Positions 1 through 13,829 of a stretch of DNA of 64,000 bases are shown piece by piece (position 1 is the first letter of the stretch; every line of letters begins with the position of its first letter). The position numbers and the translations under genes were made by a program. The stretch comes from Eledone cirrhosa. Lineage: Eukaryota. Where the stretch lies: positions 197,408,001-197,472,000 of the forward strand of contig OZ024741.1 of assembly GCA_964016885.1 (NCBI GenBank). The letters run 5' to 3'. The notes below the pieces were generated by a model. The model searched no databases, had not been told where the DNA came from, and saw nothing but the letters and a program-made list of their open reading frames with translations.

Positions 1-627
1 CTCCGTTGGAGTGGTCACCTTGCCAGGATGAAGGATTCTAGAATACCAAAACAACTCTTCTATGGAGAGTTGGTTAAAGGAAAACGACCGCCACATAAAC
101 CAAAAAAGAGGTATAAGGATTCCTTGAAGGCCTCTCTGAAAGACGCTAACATCTCTGCTGATACATGGGAAAATATTGCTGCTGATCGTAATAAATGGAG
201 AAAGACTGTATATGAGGGAAAAGTTGCCTTTGAGGCATCTCGAATCGCACACGAGAAAGTAAAGCGGGACGTGAGGAAGGGTATTGCTGTTGCACTTCCA
301 GACGGCGAGGGTCCTCCTATGTTTCTGGCATGCGGCGTCTGTGCGAGACTCTGCCTAAGCAAAGCTGGACTCGAAAGTCATCTTCGCAGTCATAAAGTAA
401 GACCAGTGGTTGACTACCAGGCTGCTGTTGGAGATGCTACTCATCATGCTTGCCAAACATGTGGTAGAGAATGTAAATCAGCAGGAGGACTCAAGCGACA
501 TGCAAAAGTACACGAACTCCAACCACAGCCGACTATTCCCAGTAAATGTTTTGGTTGCCGACTCTGTGCAAGACATTTTGGATCATTGGCTGGGCTAAAA
601 AGCCACATTCGATCGCAGCACTGTTAG
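1..627 (+). mobile_element. 3' end of an RTE-clade LINE ORF with three C-terminal C2H2 zinc fingers
   Basis: ORF 28..627 and its upstream frame read LRWSGHLARMKDSRIPKQLFYGEL..GKR...PKKRYKDSLK...WE..AADR..WR, typical of the RTE C-terminus. Then CGVC..GLESHLRSH, CQTC..GLKRHAKVH, CRLC..GLKSHIRSQH. Truncated by the window start. Confidence 0.85.
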
Positions 628-635
628 TTGCTATC

Positions 636-673
<38 letters not shown>

Positions 674-752
674 GCTTATGTGCGTGCGTGTGTGTGTATA
701 TATATATGAATATGTATATTATTATTGTTGTTGTCGTTATTATTATTATTGC

Positions 753-836
<84 letters not shown>
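636..836. repeat. compound microsatellite (TG)n/(TA)n/(TTA)n/poly-T
   Basis: Directly visible; explains the spurious low-complexity ORFs here. Confidence 0.95.
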
Positions 837-837
<1 letters not shown>

Positions 838-1114
838 TGCAATGGCCATACTCGATAACGAGGGGGCAGCCATCATATATATATGCATGTCTTTATGTTC
901 ATGTCGGTAATAAGTACTGAGGGTGGAGGCATTCTCGATTCAACCGTTGGAACCTTTATTAAACTACTCTGCCTTATTGGTAATACGTCATACCTGGGTG
1001 TTTCCTGTTACAGAATACCTCCCCAACAATTATGAAACGAAAAAACAGCCTACATAGAGAATTGTATCTTTCACAGTAAAGAAAATTATATGCAATATCG
1101 GTAGTCACTTCCGA

Positions 1115-1860
1115 TTACGCTTGCCTATGTTGTTGGTGATAGTTTGTCTCTGTGGTAAAGAAGTTCGCTTCACAACTGCGGGCTTTCAGTCCTACAGCCT
1201 GGCACCTTGGGAAAATTACTTCCATCGCCTCGATACACTTGGGTAGGTGTTTTGTGAGATCTAACCAAGCAACTAAGAGAATGTTGCTGTTGCTATTTGC
1301 TTCCTTAATGATCTGGATAATGAATGATGCATAGCCCAAACATCCAGTGTACGGCTTCTTGGTGAACAATTGTACCAATGAACTTGTTGGTGATAAGATG
1401 TTAGTGTTTCAGCAAAGTTGAACCAGAGCACGTTCCCTTCAACATCTAGCAAGAAGAACATCTGAAAGTGGCGACATCTTGATAAGCTCAGTTCTTTAGG
1501 GACAAGCAGCTCTCTATAAATATCCAGGGCCCAAGTTCCGGAGTGTCCATAAATGTAGCTGTGGGAAGTTTTTGTAGATCTTGTATATGATTCTTGAACA
1601 GATTATACTCGAGCTTTTGCCATTTCTGTCTTTATTTCCTTAAAAGTCTTCCATGTTGAAAAGGGCTTGTGGCTTGAGCGTTGACAGCTAGAAAGGAAGT
1701 TTCCAAGTGGTTGTCACTATTGGTCTCACCATGCACTGCTACAACACGGTCTTGCAATTCTTCCTTAAAGCAGACCAACCTCCCATGTTTTAGCTTCGCA
1801 AGGAGGATAGCTGTGAACCGGAAGTTGTTTTTAAAAATAATTTCTTCTGCCCCCTTTCTC
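1115..1860 (-). pseudogene. decayed RLE-type non-LTR retrotransposon fragment (HERO/NeSL-like)
   Basis: Minus ORF 1115..1378 has TGCLGYASFIIQIIKEA...LLVAWLDL (RT motif) joined to CQAVGLKARSCEA (RLE-like C-terminus); many frameshifts. Confidence 0.45.
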
Positions 1861-3080
1861 TGATTCCTTCCCTCTCTCCCTCCCCATCTCTATGTCTCTT
1901 TCTTTTTCTCTGCTTCTTCCATATTATTTCCATTCTGAAAAACTGGAACAACTTTTACGACAGCTCTGAGACTAGTTAGTTTAAGGCTTTTTTTCTTCTT
2001 TCATCCCCTGCTTTGTCACTTCTCACCCATTTCCTTTTAACATACCTGTTACACAGCTTGAACTATGGTATTTATTTTATTTTGAGGGTGGTGTGGTTTA
2101 TGATGATGCCGAGACTATCGTCAAATTGCACTCATCTGCCCTGGGCAGTATGCTGGCAGTGCATGGTGACACCAATAGAGACATTCTATTTGGGAACTTC
2201 CTTTCTAGCTGTCAACACTTAAACCACACGTCCCCTTTAACATAGATGACTGCGATTTATCGCTTTTGACAATTTAAACCATGGTTTTTCTCTCGAAACT
2301 CTACACTCCTTCTTGCACGTAGAGCAGGATGAGTCGAAAGGTACTTGGCACTGTGGCTTGCCTCGTGACCCTTGTTCTCTACCGACTAACAAGCAGTTCT
2401 AATAAACTCAGAGATATATTGTTCTCAGGGTATTATCAGGTGTTTTGCGTTACTGCAGTTGCTCTTTGCACCTAGGCTTTCCCAGGTGAATAATCATGTT
2501 ACGTTCATTCTGGAATATTCCACCACAGATATTGCAACTACTTTTGTGTTCACCTATCTTTATGGCCGCATTTAAACTTTTAATCTTTATACTATTATCC
2601 CAGTCATTTAACGTGTGTTGTTCGTCTTTGATGGCAGATTATCTCCACCACACACATTTATCGGTCTCTTTGGGAATATTTTCTCTATTTGATACTCGTA
2701 ACTTGTTTATGTGATACATATGTATAAAGAGAGAGAGAGAGAGACACAAAGAGAGAGAGAGACAGAGAAAGAGACATAAGCATGTAAGTATAAAAAGAGT
2801 CATATAGATTAGAGGCAAGCAAATATCTGGTAGAGAATCAATATTAGTTGATTGTAATTGGTTTTTGCGTGAAGGTTTTTCACTAATCGAAAAATGAATT
2901 AATCGCATTTAGACAGAAATACAAATACTTTATTTCACATCATAACATATTATAGCTGGAAATCGATTGCATATGAAATCATTTATTGAACAATGCAACG
3001 TATTACTATCATCTAACGATAATTTATCACTTTCATCGTGATAATAACAGTAACAACAAAACAACAACAACAACAACAAC

Positions 3081-3126
<46 letters not shown>

Positions 3127-3220
3127 TACGTCCTGAATATGTGAGGCTGCAGGTAGTGGCTTGATATTCATTTCAACAAACTTTCCTGTTAAATAACATC
3201 AATGACTGAGACTCAAAGAA
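3127..3220 (+). mobile_element. 5'-truncated R4/Dong 3' tail in a (TAA)n tract
   Basis: tacgtcctgaatat.tgagg.tgcaggtagtggcttgatattca...catcaatgactgagactcaa matches the 3' end of the element at 26638-29763; flanked by TAA repeats. Confidence 0.85.
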
Positions 3221-3233
3221 CAACAACAACAAT

Positions 3234-3290
<57 letters not shown>

Positions 3291-3293
<3 letters not shown>

Positions 3294-3442
3294 TGTTTCT
3301 ACTTTAGGCACAAGGCCAGCAATTAGCCAGTGCATTACTGGTACTTTATTTTATCGACCCCGTAAGGATGAAAGGCAAAGTCAACCTCGGCGGAATTTGA
3401 ACTCAGATCGTAAAGGGGCGTAACTATGCCAATCCACCGCCT
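3291..3442 (-). mobile_element. SINE (dominant family)
   Basis: Reverse complement of the family core ggcggtggattggca...ctgagttcaaat(t)ccgccgaggttgactttgcctttcatccttacggggtcgataaaataaagtaccagt. Confidence 0.85.
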
Positions 3443-3475
3443 TTCATCGATAATAATAATAATAATAATAATAAT

Positions 3476-6400
3476 GCTTTCTTTATTAACCACAAGGGTC
3501 TACATAAAGTAGACATTAAGGACAGTACAGGACAATAGAGGGCGGTACAAATGGGCATTTCTGCGTGTAAAAAACAAGAAACAGAGGATGTAATAATAGA
3601 ACAATGAAAAATTCAGGACGGTTTCGTCGCCTTGGGCGCATCTCGGACATGCCCGGCTGACGGCACCTCCATGCATGTAGAGTTTATCCCGAACTGGCAA
3701 AGCTCCTCGGTAGCACTGCCAGGCCAGGGATTTCTGGAAGTTGTCCATAGGCCCCGGCCCGAAAGTTCTTCCGAAGAGATAGGCTAGTTGATTTTCGTCG
3801 ACGCCTAGAGTTTCCCCAAGTACGTCGTCGCTCTTCCCCTCCATTAATCCTCTATAGAACGCCATGGTGGAGTTTCCACCGATCACATTGCCCGATTGGT
3901 CGAGGGCTGTGAGCGCCTGAAGACATTCCAGTCTCCAAGCGCTCCCTCTCGGTCTTCGCTTGACCCAGGACTGCAGCTCCGTCAAGGAGACGAACTGGGG
4001 AAAGACGCGTCTAGCAAACGGTGACCACACCTGATCACCGTCGAGGAAGAGGTGGAGATGTCGTAGCCTGAGCGCGTGTCTGCGCATCATCAGCCACGGC
4101 ATTCCCAGCTCTCCACGTAGCGGGTGTTGACAGCAGATGGACCGCCTGACCATCGGAGCGCGTCCCTTCCACAAAAAGCGAAAGAGCAAACGCTCCAGCG
4201 CAGTCAGGCGGGGCTTAGGACAAGGTACGACGGTCAGGTGGTAGTAGATGACGGACGCGATATACGCGTTAGCCACCTCCACTCGACCTTTCAGGGATAG
4301 CTTCCTCTCCGCCCATTTCTGGGCTCGTCACCTCGTCCCAGTTTTTGCCCGTCTGGAGGTCCGGACCGAACCAGACCCCTAGCAATTTAACCGGTCCGTC
4401 CGTCCAGCGCCCGACGACGCTGTTGGACGGCATGGACCTGCTTCTCCAGGTGCCGAGCTGCAGGCCCGCTGACTTTTCCTGGTTGATCATTGCTCCTGTC
4501 ACCGCTTCGTATTCTCTTAGTGTAGTGCCGATCGCCTCGATGTGTTTGGCGTTCGACACCACTACGGTGACATCGTCCGCATATGCTGACCCGGATCTTC
4601 CGCATCCTAGTTCGCCCTTGAACCCCCACAACTTCTCCAGTTTGTGCAGTAATGGCTCGAGAGTCAATACGTCCAAGAGGGATGAGAGGGGACATCCTTG
4701 GCGGACCGAGCGCATGATGTTGAACGGTTCCGAAAGGTGACCGTTCACTCACCACAGAGCAGATGTCGCTGTGCATGGCAGCGATCCAGCCTCTGAAGAC
4801 AGGCCCAAAGCCAGCCGCCCTCAGGACTGCAGCTAGGTAACGATGGTCGACTCTATCGAAAGCTTTCGACTGATCTAAATTGATCAAGGACCCACCCATG
4901 CCAGGTGCCCTAGCTACCCTCTCCACGATGTATCGCATGAGGTGGAGGTTGTCGTGGATGGATCTGTCGGGAATGGCGCATGTCTGCGCCTCTCCCACCA
5001 GACCCTTGACGACAAGCGCCAACCTCTTTGCTAGCACATTGGCCAAAATCTTGAACTCTGTGTTTAGCAGAGTTATGGTCCTGAAATTATCTATGTTATC
5101 CCCCTTGTTCGGATCCTTTCTCAGCAGCGCAACAGCTCCTCGGCTCACAGAGCTGGGAATTCTCCCGTTATGTTGCCAGTTGCAGTAGATGTCCGCCAAA
5201 AGGCCTCCGAACAAGTCTGGCATCTGTACGTAAAGTTCATAGGGCAGACCATCCAAACTAGGCGATTTACCCATTGTGCAGCCAGTCATTGCCTCTCGTA
5301 TTTTAGCGGCTGTTATCGGCTTTTCGTAAAACTCCGCCTCAGTGGCCGAGAGCCGCGGCAGTCCGTCGAGGTAGGCACTAAAGTCCATCCCACGATCCGG
5401 CCCGCCGCTGCCCTCGAACAGCTGAGTGAAGTGTCGCTGAAAAGCGTCACACATTTGCCCGGGATCGAGTAGCATGCGCCCGTCGTGGTCCACCAAAGAC
5501 CGGATCGTGGCTTTGTTGCCACGACGCGCCTCCGCCACTCGGGCCCATTGAACGGCTTTCGTCCCCTCGTGTCTGAGAGCACGCACCCTAGCTCTGCGTT
5601 GAAGAATTGGTCAAGGGCCAATTTCGCCGCAAGTACGTCGGTCGAGATGCCTTTGCTAAGCGCCTCGTCTAATTTTCTAACTAGTTCACCCTCTGCTCTA
5701 TTTTTCTCTATAGCTAAAGCCTTACTAAACCTAATGGACTCTATTCTAATCGCTCTTTTCAGAGCAAACCACCACTTGTTGTTCACGATGGCCCCCTTCA
5801 ACGCCCGCTTAACTAATTCACTAATCCGGTCTCTGTAGGCCTTGCGCGCTGGTAAGGACGCGTTTAGCTTCCAGTAGCCGGGTCCTCGTCTATGAAGCCT
5901 ATCTAAGTCAAGCACACAGATCACGAATTTGTGGTCCGTGTAGTTGACTATCTTGAATTGTGGACAGCCTATGCTAGATCTATCTATTTCCCTACAAAAT
6001 ACTCTATCTAGATATGATCTGGATGAACCTATGCGATTTGTCCAAGTCCACACCTGTCAGACCGTTCAAAACGCCTGAGCAGGTTGGTGAGGCTCTTGTA
6101 CCCTCCTCCCCTATCCACTAATCCCACACAGTCCCAGCGTGCATCTAAGATCCCGTTCCGGTCGCCCACGAACACTAAAGAGCGGGACGTTCCAAGAAGG
6201 TCTCCAGACGCCGGAAGAAATCAGGCCGCCCTACTTTTGTCGGAGCATAGACGGCCACTAGCCTGAAAGCTTGCCCGTCTCCGCTGGTTACGTCCAGCAC
6301 CACCAACTTACCCTCTGGGTCCAGGAAGATGGCGCGTTTGGCGAGATCCAAACCTCTCCGAAAAAGCACAGCAACTCCACCCCACCGATCCAGGACGGCT

Positions 6401-7927
6401 GGGAGATGCGTACACATCGTAGCCGCCGAAGATCGGTGCGAAGGCCCGTGCTTCGGAGATTCAGGTCTCGCTGATTGCCACCACATCTATGTTTAGTGAC
6501 CTGAGATCGTTGAGTAGGTGGCCCTGCTTCCATGACGACCCCAAGCCATGCGCATTTATGCTGCCTATTTTGAGTGAGGTCATGTTGAAATGGAGTGGAA
6601 AAGATGGGAAAGACCACTTACCTTACTTAACGTAGAGGAAGGATGGTCTGTCAATCATTTTCACTGCTTGTGGCCTCCTCCGGAAGGATGTCCTTATAAA
6701 TCCTCCTGGAGAGTGTTTGTCGGAAGTCTCCGATGTCTTTGGGGAATTTTTGTTTTAGAATTTTTATTTACGTTTTCTGTGTGATGCGAGTGATTTGTAT
6801 GTGTGGAGGTGGTGTGAACTTTTGGGGTGTTGTGTAGTCTTTTTCTGTGATGCTGGTGTTGTGTTGGATGTAGTGTAATAATTGGTTGTTGTTCAAATTT
6901 ATTGCTGTGTAGTGTGTATCGTTTTGGTTGTTTTGTTTTGTTTGCGTTTGTTGTGGGTTTGTTTCTGTTTCACTTTTTGGTGACTTTTGTGGTGTTGGTG
7001 ATGGTGGTGTTGGGGTTAATGATGGTGATAGTGTCGGTGTTTGTGGTCATGGGGTTGGTGATGCTGGTGTGGATAGTGGCATAGCTGTCCTAACTTTTTG
7101 TTTGATAGTTTATTTGTTTCCCTCTGTATTTTGTTTTTGGAGGGGGAAGGAAGGGGATTCTTTCGTTTTTGGTTTCTTTTTCTTTTTTTCTTTTCTCCTG
7201 ATACCGTTTCCCACTCCTCGTCGTCACAATCTGTCTCCAGTTGCGATATGTCGGGGAGTGGAAAATCCTCCACAGGCGTTGGTTTTGGTTGTGGCGTTGT
7301 GGATGGTGTAGGCGCTGGTGCTAGTTCTGGCACGTTGGGTGGTGGTTGTGCCATTTCTGCTGCTGGTGGTGTTGATGGTTGAGTCACTGAGGTGGGTAAG
7401 AGAGGTGGCCTTAACCTTTAATCCTGAGGGCAGAAAGCCCTTAGGTGGGTTCCTTCACCACAAACGACACACCTAGGCTTTCTGCCCTCGACGATTACGG
7501 TGAGGTGGCTGCCGTCAGTGAGGTCTATTACCTCTGGGATCTCCTCAATGCTTTTTTGGTCCGCTTGGATCAGGAGCTCCATCCCAGATCCGGACCAGTT
7601 CTCCTGCTTTTCTTTCGCTATTTCGATTATCTTGGTGTTGGCCTCGATGACGACGAGGACGGCAACCATTAGCCAGGGAATTTCGATGGCCGGTGGAACG
7701 TGGGTCACCCTGATCTTCACGACTCACTGGCCACAATAGCTTGGGACGAGTGTGAAGTCGTCACTTCTTAATGGGGCCATGGAGTGTTCTCTGGCCTCCT
7801 GTGGTGTTCCAAAGAACACGTCCACGGTTCCATATTTCTGCCCACGTCTGATGTGGGTTTTTTTGCCCACACACGTCCCAAAGATTTTTGAATTTGGGAC
7901 TCGGATGCCCGTTCCACTCGGCGCGAG

Positions 7928-7967
<40 letters not shown>

Positions 7968-8660
7968 CTGACCCTGTACCCATCTTTCTTTACCATTTTC
8001 TTGGCTTCATCTAGTTCCTCCTGAGTTACTTGGATTGTTTCGGATGTTTTAGCTGCTTTGGCAAAAGACACGATGTTGTTATTCTCATTGTTGTTGTTGC
8101 TGTTGTTGTTATCGTTATTTTTGTTAATTTTAGTTTCAGTTGTGGTGGTGGTGGCGTCAGTGGTGTTCGGTGTGGAAGAGTTCATTTTGGGTGAATCCAT
8201 TTCGATGTCACGAGATAATTTATTTATTTCTTTTGTTTCTGTTGTCGCTGCGCTGGTGGTGGGGGTGGCGGCTTCAACACCTGCAGTCATTGGTAATGGC
8301 GGGAAATGAATGTCTGCCTGAGACAAATTTAAAATATTGCTACTGCTTATATTTTTAGTGCTGGCAAACGTAGTAATATTTACAATGGTGGTGTCGGTGT
8401 GAGGTGTTAGTTTGTGAGGAATGTGTGACTCTGTGTCGTCCATGATTTTTTTGAAAGAAAAATTTTGTTTGATAATTATAAAAGTTTAAATTTTGGACTC
8501 AAGGCCCCAATCTTTATTAGTGTCCTTTTCAGAAAACAATGTATGTGCACTTATATACAGTTAACAATAAATTATTTTACATAAATGGCAATTTTAAACA
8601 ACTGAAAATAACAAACCTTTGCGGAGCTCACGATAATACGATTTACTACGTAGGTCGCCA
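3476..8660 (-). mobile_element. L1/Tx1-type LINE, family A copy 1 (decayed ORF1 and ORF2; 3' internal deletion)
   Basis: ORF1 pieces 7724..8443, 7418..7720 (CVVCGEGTHLRAFC knuckle), 7016..7387. APE pieces (SYLDRVF, YTDHK). RT pieces (KSPSLDGLP, LDQSKAFDRVDH, SVRQGCPLS, AYADDVT). C-terminal CPRC..GDETVL. Flanked by TAA repeats on both sides. Confidence 0.92.
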
Positions 8661-8694
8661 ATAATAATAATAATAATGATAATAATAATGATTT

Positions 8695-11600
8695 CATTTA
8701 TTGGCCACAAGGACCGACATATAGGGGACAATACAAAAGACTGGGACAGTGGGGTTTTACAGAAAAATCGAGTAAACGATATGAATCACAATAACAAAGT
8801 AACAATAAAATTACAACAAGAAAAAATTCCCCAATAGGCAGGATGACCACCCAGGGTTCGCTCAGGTACCCCACCAATCCTGAACGACCCGACGTTTCGA
8901 GAGCACCCTGGAAGGGCTCCCCTCTACTCCTCAACCTACAGCCGCATGACCAGATTAGGCCCACTCACACGGGCCATTCTCGCCACATTCACCCACCTTT
9001 CAGCAAATGTACTGGGGGGCAGCACTTCTCTCTCCACCCTCACCTTCCTTTCCAAGTGAAACTTGAAAAAGTTGATGAGGGATTGGCCGAAGAGAAAAGT
9101 GTCTGTCTTCAGTCCTTTCAACCTCGTCCACCACACAACCTCTTTCGCTACTGCCACCAGACAGAGGAAAATTGCCTGCCCTTCCTGGCCAAAAGAAGGC
9201 GGCGGGTCGATCTTCACTATGGACTCGGCCGATAGCCGGATCCGTTCTACACGAGACAACAGCTGTTCAACATAACTCCACAAGTCAGTAATGCACGGAC
9301 ACTGGACGAGTGCGTGCAGAACGGTTTCGTCGCTCTGCGCGCATCTCGGGCAGGTCCGTCTGACAGCACTTCCGTGCCTGTAGAGTTTATCTCGAACCGG
9401 CAGTGCCCCCCGGTAACACTGCCAAGCGAGGGATTTTTGGAAATTATCCATCGTCCCCGGCTCGAAAGTCCTAGGGTACAGACTGGTTAGTTCGACTTCG
9501 TTGACTCTCAGAGCCTCTCCGAGTGCGTCATCGCACTTGCCCACCACTAATCCTCTATAGAACTCGAGAGTGGAAGTTCCACTGACCGCATTGCCTGCCT
9601 GGTAGAGGGCACTGCCTGGCAACATTCTAGATGCTGGACGCCCAGTTTCAGTCTCTTCTTAACCTAGGACTGCAGCTCAGTCAAAGAAACGAGGTGCGGA
9701 AACACCCCTCTGACAAACGGTGACCACACCTGTTCACCGTTTAGGCAGAATATCTGGAGATGCCGCAGCCTCAGCGCAAGTTTGTGCATCATTGGCCACG
9801 GCATGGCCACGTAGTGTGCTGGCAGCAGATGGACCGCCTCAGCAACGGAACCTGTCTCCCCCACAAGAAGTTGAAGAGCCGTTCCAGCTTGGTGTCGATG
9901 GGGAAGTGTTGAGTGGGTCGTGTCTGTATTTTCTATTGTGGGTGTTTTTGTGCTGTGTGGAGTTTTTTCTTTGTGTGTCTTCTCTTTTTTGTTGTATTTT
10001 TTGTTTGTTTGGGTGTTTGTGTTTTCCGTCGTCTTCACTACTGGAAGACGAGAGGTCTGTGACTGTACGTGTGTCTGCGATTGTGTGTGTGTGCTTGTGT
10101 ATATGTCCATGTGTATATTTTGTGGGGAGGAGGAAAGGGAGAGATTTCCTCGTTTTCCCGCTGGGTTGGCTTTGGTGGTGGTGGTTGTTCTACTGGTGTT
10201 ATTGCTGTTGATGGAGCTGCTGGTGTCAGTGTTGATGGAGCTTTCCGTCCCGGCACCGGCGTTTGCAACAAAGGAGGATTGCGGACCCCTGCATTTTTGA
10301 AAACTTGAATCAATTAGACCTACTATTCTACAACTAAGACCATACATTAACAATGTTAAATCTAAGAGGCTTTTGTAAGAGAAATCCCTCTTGAGTAGAT
10401 ACAATAAAGGTCTTCAATTAATGCATTTTAATACTTCATAAAGTTTTATAGGATCTTTTGGTTTGTTAAATGTACATATTAATGCAGCTTTTTCTAGATA
10501 ATTCATCCACTCATTATGTTTAGTGAGTCAATTCTGTTTATCTGTTGCTTCCTGGAATGTTTTCAATACTTCACCATTTACAGTTTACAAATCTTCAAAA
10601 TTTATGGCATCTAGAAGATGAAGCAATAATAGACGAACATGAAACTTATATTTTTCCGTTGGGTTGCAGGAATAAATTCGTGGTATTATTGTTTGCTAAC
10701 TTCTCTCCCTCTTTTCTATTGATATATTCCTTTGTTGAAAACATAATAGGATAGCTTCCTCGCATTTCTGGGTGAGACTGGTTACCTTGCACCTCACCTC
10801 GTTCCAATTCTTATCTACCTGGAAGTCAGGCCCGAACCAAACCCCGAGCAACTTTATCGGTCCGTCCGTACAACGCCCCACGACGCTGTTGGACGGCATA
10901 GGCTTGCCTCTCTAGGTTTCGAGCTGCAAGCCCACCGACTTTTCCGGGTTAAGTTTGGCTCCTGCCAACCTTTCATATTCCTTCAATAAGGCGCCGAGCA
11001 CCTCGATTTCTGAGGTGTCCGACACCATCACGGTGATGTCGTCCGCATAAGCCGACACCGCCTACCACGTCCTGGTTCGAGCGGGATGCCCTTCAACAGC
11101 TCCAGCTTCTGCAATAAAGGCTCGAGAGTCAATACGTACAGAAGGGAAGAGAGAGGGCACCCTTGACGGACCGATCGGGAGAGCCGAAATGGTTCCGAGA
11201 GGTGGCCATTAACATTGACCACCGAGCGTGTGCCGCTGTGCATTGCAGTGATCCAGCTTCTGAAGACAGGGCCGAAGCCAGCTGCTTTGAGGACAAACTC
11301 CAGATACCGATGGTCGACTCTATCGAATGCTTTCGATTGATATAAATTGATCAGTGCCCCACCGAAGCCAGGTTTACACCCTACCCACTGTATGATATCG
11401 CATGAGGTGGAGATTGGTGTGTATGGACCTGGCTGGGATTGCACAAGTTTGCGCCTCCCCAACCAAATCCTCGACGACAAGCACCAATCTCTCCGTTAAC
11501 ACCTTGGCCAGAATCTTAAACTCTGTGTTGAGCAGAGTTATGGGTCTGAAATTATCTAATGTGTTCCTCTTGTTCTCGTTTTTCCTTATCAGCGTCACTA

Positions 11601-13600
11601 CGCCCCGGCTCACAGAACTGGGAATACTACCATTCTGCTGCCAATTGCAGTAGAGCGATTCGAGGAGATCGGAGAACAAGTCTGGAATATTTACGTAAAG
11701 CTCATAGGGTAGACCATCCAAACCGGGTGACTTGCGCCTCGTGCAGTCGACAAGGGCATCCTGAATCTCGCTGAAGTTATCAGCCTTTCGCAGCGATCAG
11801 CGTCGAACGTCGAGAGTTGTAGCAAGCCATCGAGGTAGGGATAGAAGTCCGCCACCGTCTCTGACCCGCCACTTCCCCCGAACAACCGATCAAAGTGCTG
11901 GCGAAAGGCCTCACACATCCACCTGGAATCGCTCAGCTCGTATCCGTCTAGGTCCGTTAAAGACCGAATTGAGGTTTTATTACCACGCTGCGCCTACGCC
12001 ACGTGGGCCCTTGGAACAGCATTGGTCCCCTCGTTTCTCGGAGCACGCGCCTTAGCTCTGACAATGCAACCTTCGTGTTTCGCATTGAAGAAATGGTCTA
12101 ATGCCATTCTCGCCGCTAGCACGTCAGTTGCAATGCCGCTACAAATAGCCTCGTCTAACGTATCTACCAGCTCCTCCTCATTTCTATTTTCCTCTAACTC
12201 TACTTCTTTGCTAAACCCTATCGACATTACTCTAATCTCTCTATTGAAAGCCCACCCCCACCATCTGTTGTTGACGACCCCCCTGTCAACTTTTGCTTAA
12301 CTAAATTGTTGACCCGGTCCCTGTAAGCCTTACGTACCAGAAATGACATGTTCAGCTTCCAGTAACTAGGTCCTAACCTACGTGTTTTATCTAGGTCGAC
12401 TATACAAATCACAAATTTGTGATCTGAATAGGCGACCGTTTTAAAACGTGGACAGCTTACACTATTTCTCTCTAGTTCCCTAATGAATATCCTGTCTATA
12501 TACGATATACATGACCCTATGCGGTTGGTCCAGGTCCACACTGGCGCATTAGGGAAATCTAGTCGGTACCTGTCAGACAGTTGGAACTTGCTGCTCAGGT
12601 ATTTGAGGCTTTGCACCGCCCCCGCTCCTATCGGATACTCCCACACAGTCTCAGCATGCGTCTAAGATGCCGTTCCAGTTCCCGCTAACAGTAAAGGCCG
12701 AGACGTACCCAGAAAGGCTTCCACGCACCTAAAGAAGTCCGGCCGTCCTGCGCCGGTAGGGGCGTAGACGGCCAGCAATCTAAAGGCACCACCTTCGCTA
12801 TTGTTCACGTCCAGAACCACCAACTTACCTTCCGGGTCCCGGAAGATAGACTTTACCTCGAGGTCCAGGCCTTTCCTAAACAGTACGGCCACCCCCACCC
12901 CCATTCCTGGCCGATTAACAGATGCGAAGAAATTCTGGTCTCGCTGATGGCAATTACATCCATTTCTCGAGGCCTGAGGTCGCTGAGCATGTGACCTTGC
13001 TTCCAGGATGACCCCAGGCCACGAACATTTAAACATCCTACTCTTATAATGGTCATGTTGGTAGGCTAAAGGAGAGAGGAAAGGTTTACTTACCTTCCGA
13101 AGTCTTGTGGAGGTTGAGTGGTTTGACCTCTATGGTTGTTAGAGTTTCCATTGGGAACCCCTTTAGGAACCTACTCGTGGCTTTTACATTAGGGGCTCCC
13201 ACGTGGTCGGGAAAGCTCTACATAATATATTTATAAGTTTGTATTGGAATGCACACAAATTGCAGTGTTTGGGGCACTTTGAGGATGCATGTGCCAAAAA
13301 TCTCTCCCTCTTTCTCAATGTCTTTACTTCGTGTTACAGGGGTCATGAGTTGTTTCTTGGCCCTCCTTAGAAACACGAGTTTGGTGCGTCTATTGTTGTT
13401 GGTGTCTGCGTGTGTTTTCTTCTGTTTGGGATGACTTGTGCTTATGTCGGTGTTGTTTACGGTTGTTAAGTTGGTGTTGTTGTGGGTGTGTCTGTATTTT
13501 GAGTGTTTGTTGGTGTATGTGGGGCTGAATTTTTCTTTTTCTTTTTGTGCTTTCTTTTTTGCGTTTTAGGTTTTTGGGGTTCTCCCTCACTTTCACTCAG
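8695..13600 (-). mobile_element. L1/Tx1-type LINE, family B (5'-truncated, frameshifted, interrupted at about 9890-10752)
   Basis: MTIIRVGCLNVRGL (APE start at 13056), YIDRIF, YSDHK, FRPITLLNTEFKILAK, KAFDRVDH, RQGCPLS, CPRC..DETVLHALVQC zinc knuckle (8936..9625). Confidence 0.9.
9890..10752 (-). mobile_element. LINE 5'UTR/ORF1-like segment spliced into family B ORF2
   Basis: Near-identical inverted copy at about 24494-25362; AT-rich leader followed by Thr/Asn/Lys-rich low-complexity ORF. Confidence 0.65.
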
Positions 13601-13829
13601 AGAAGTGAACAAATATCCACTACAATAAGTTACCATACTTTGTGTTCTACCCGTTCATCGAAAAACGGAGTTTAAAGCAAATTGTTCAGATATTGTTGTA
13701 AAATATCATTAACAAAGCAATATCTTCTCAATTTCAATAGACGATATTACACCTCTAAAAGATATGGAATGAACTGGAAACAGAGATACAATAATATAGT
13801 AATATAGTAATATGTACTTTGGATATAAT

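Noticed and set aside
546-920. ORFs with poly-Y/I/L/K/N/F (and similar YI, HT, CV, M/T ORFs throughout the window)
   Set aside because: Translations of microsatellites, not genes
4345-5838. Plus-strand ORFs over the Tx1 and Dong elements
   Set aside because: Antisense shadows of GC-rich retroelement coding sequence
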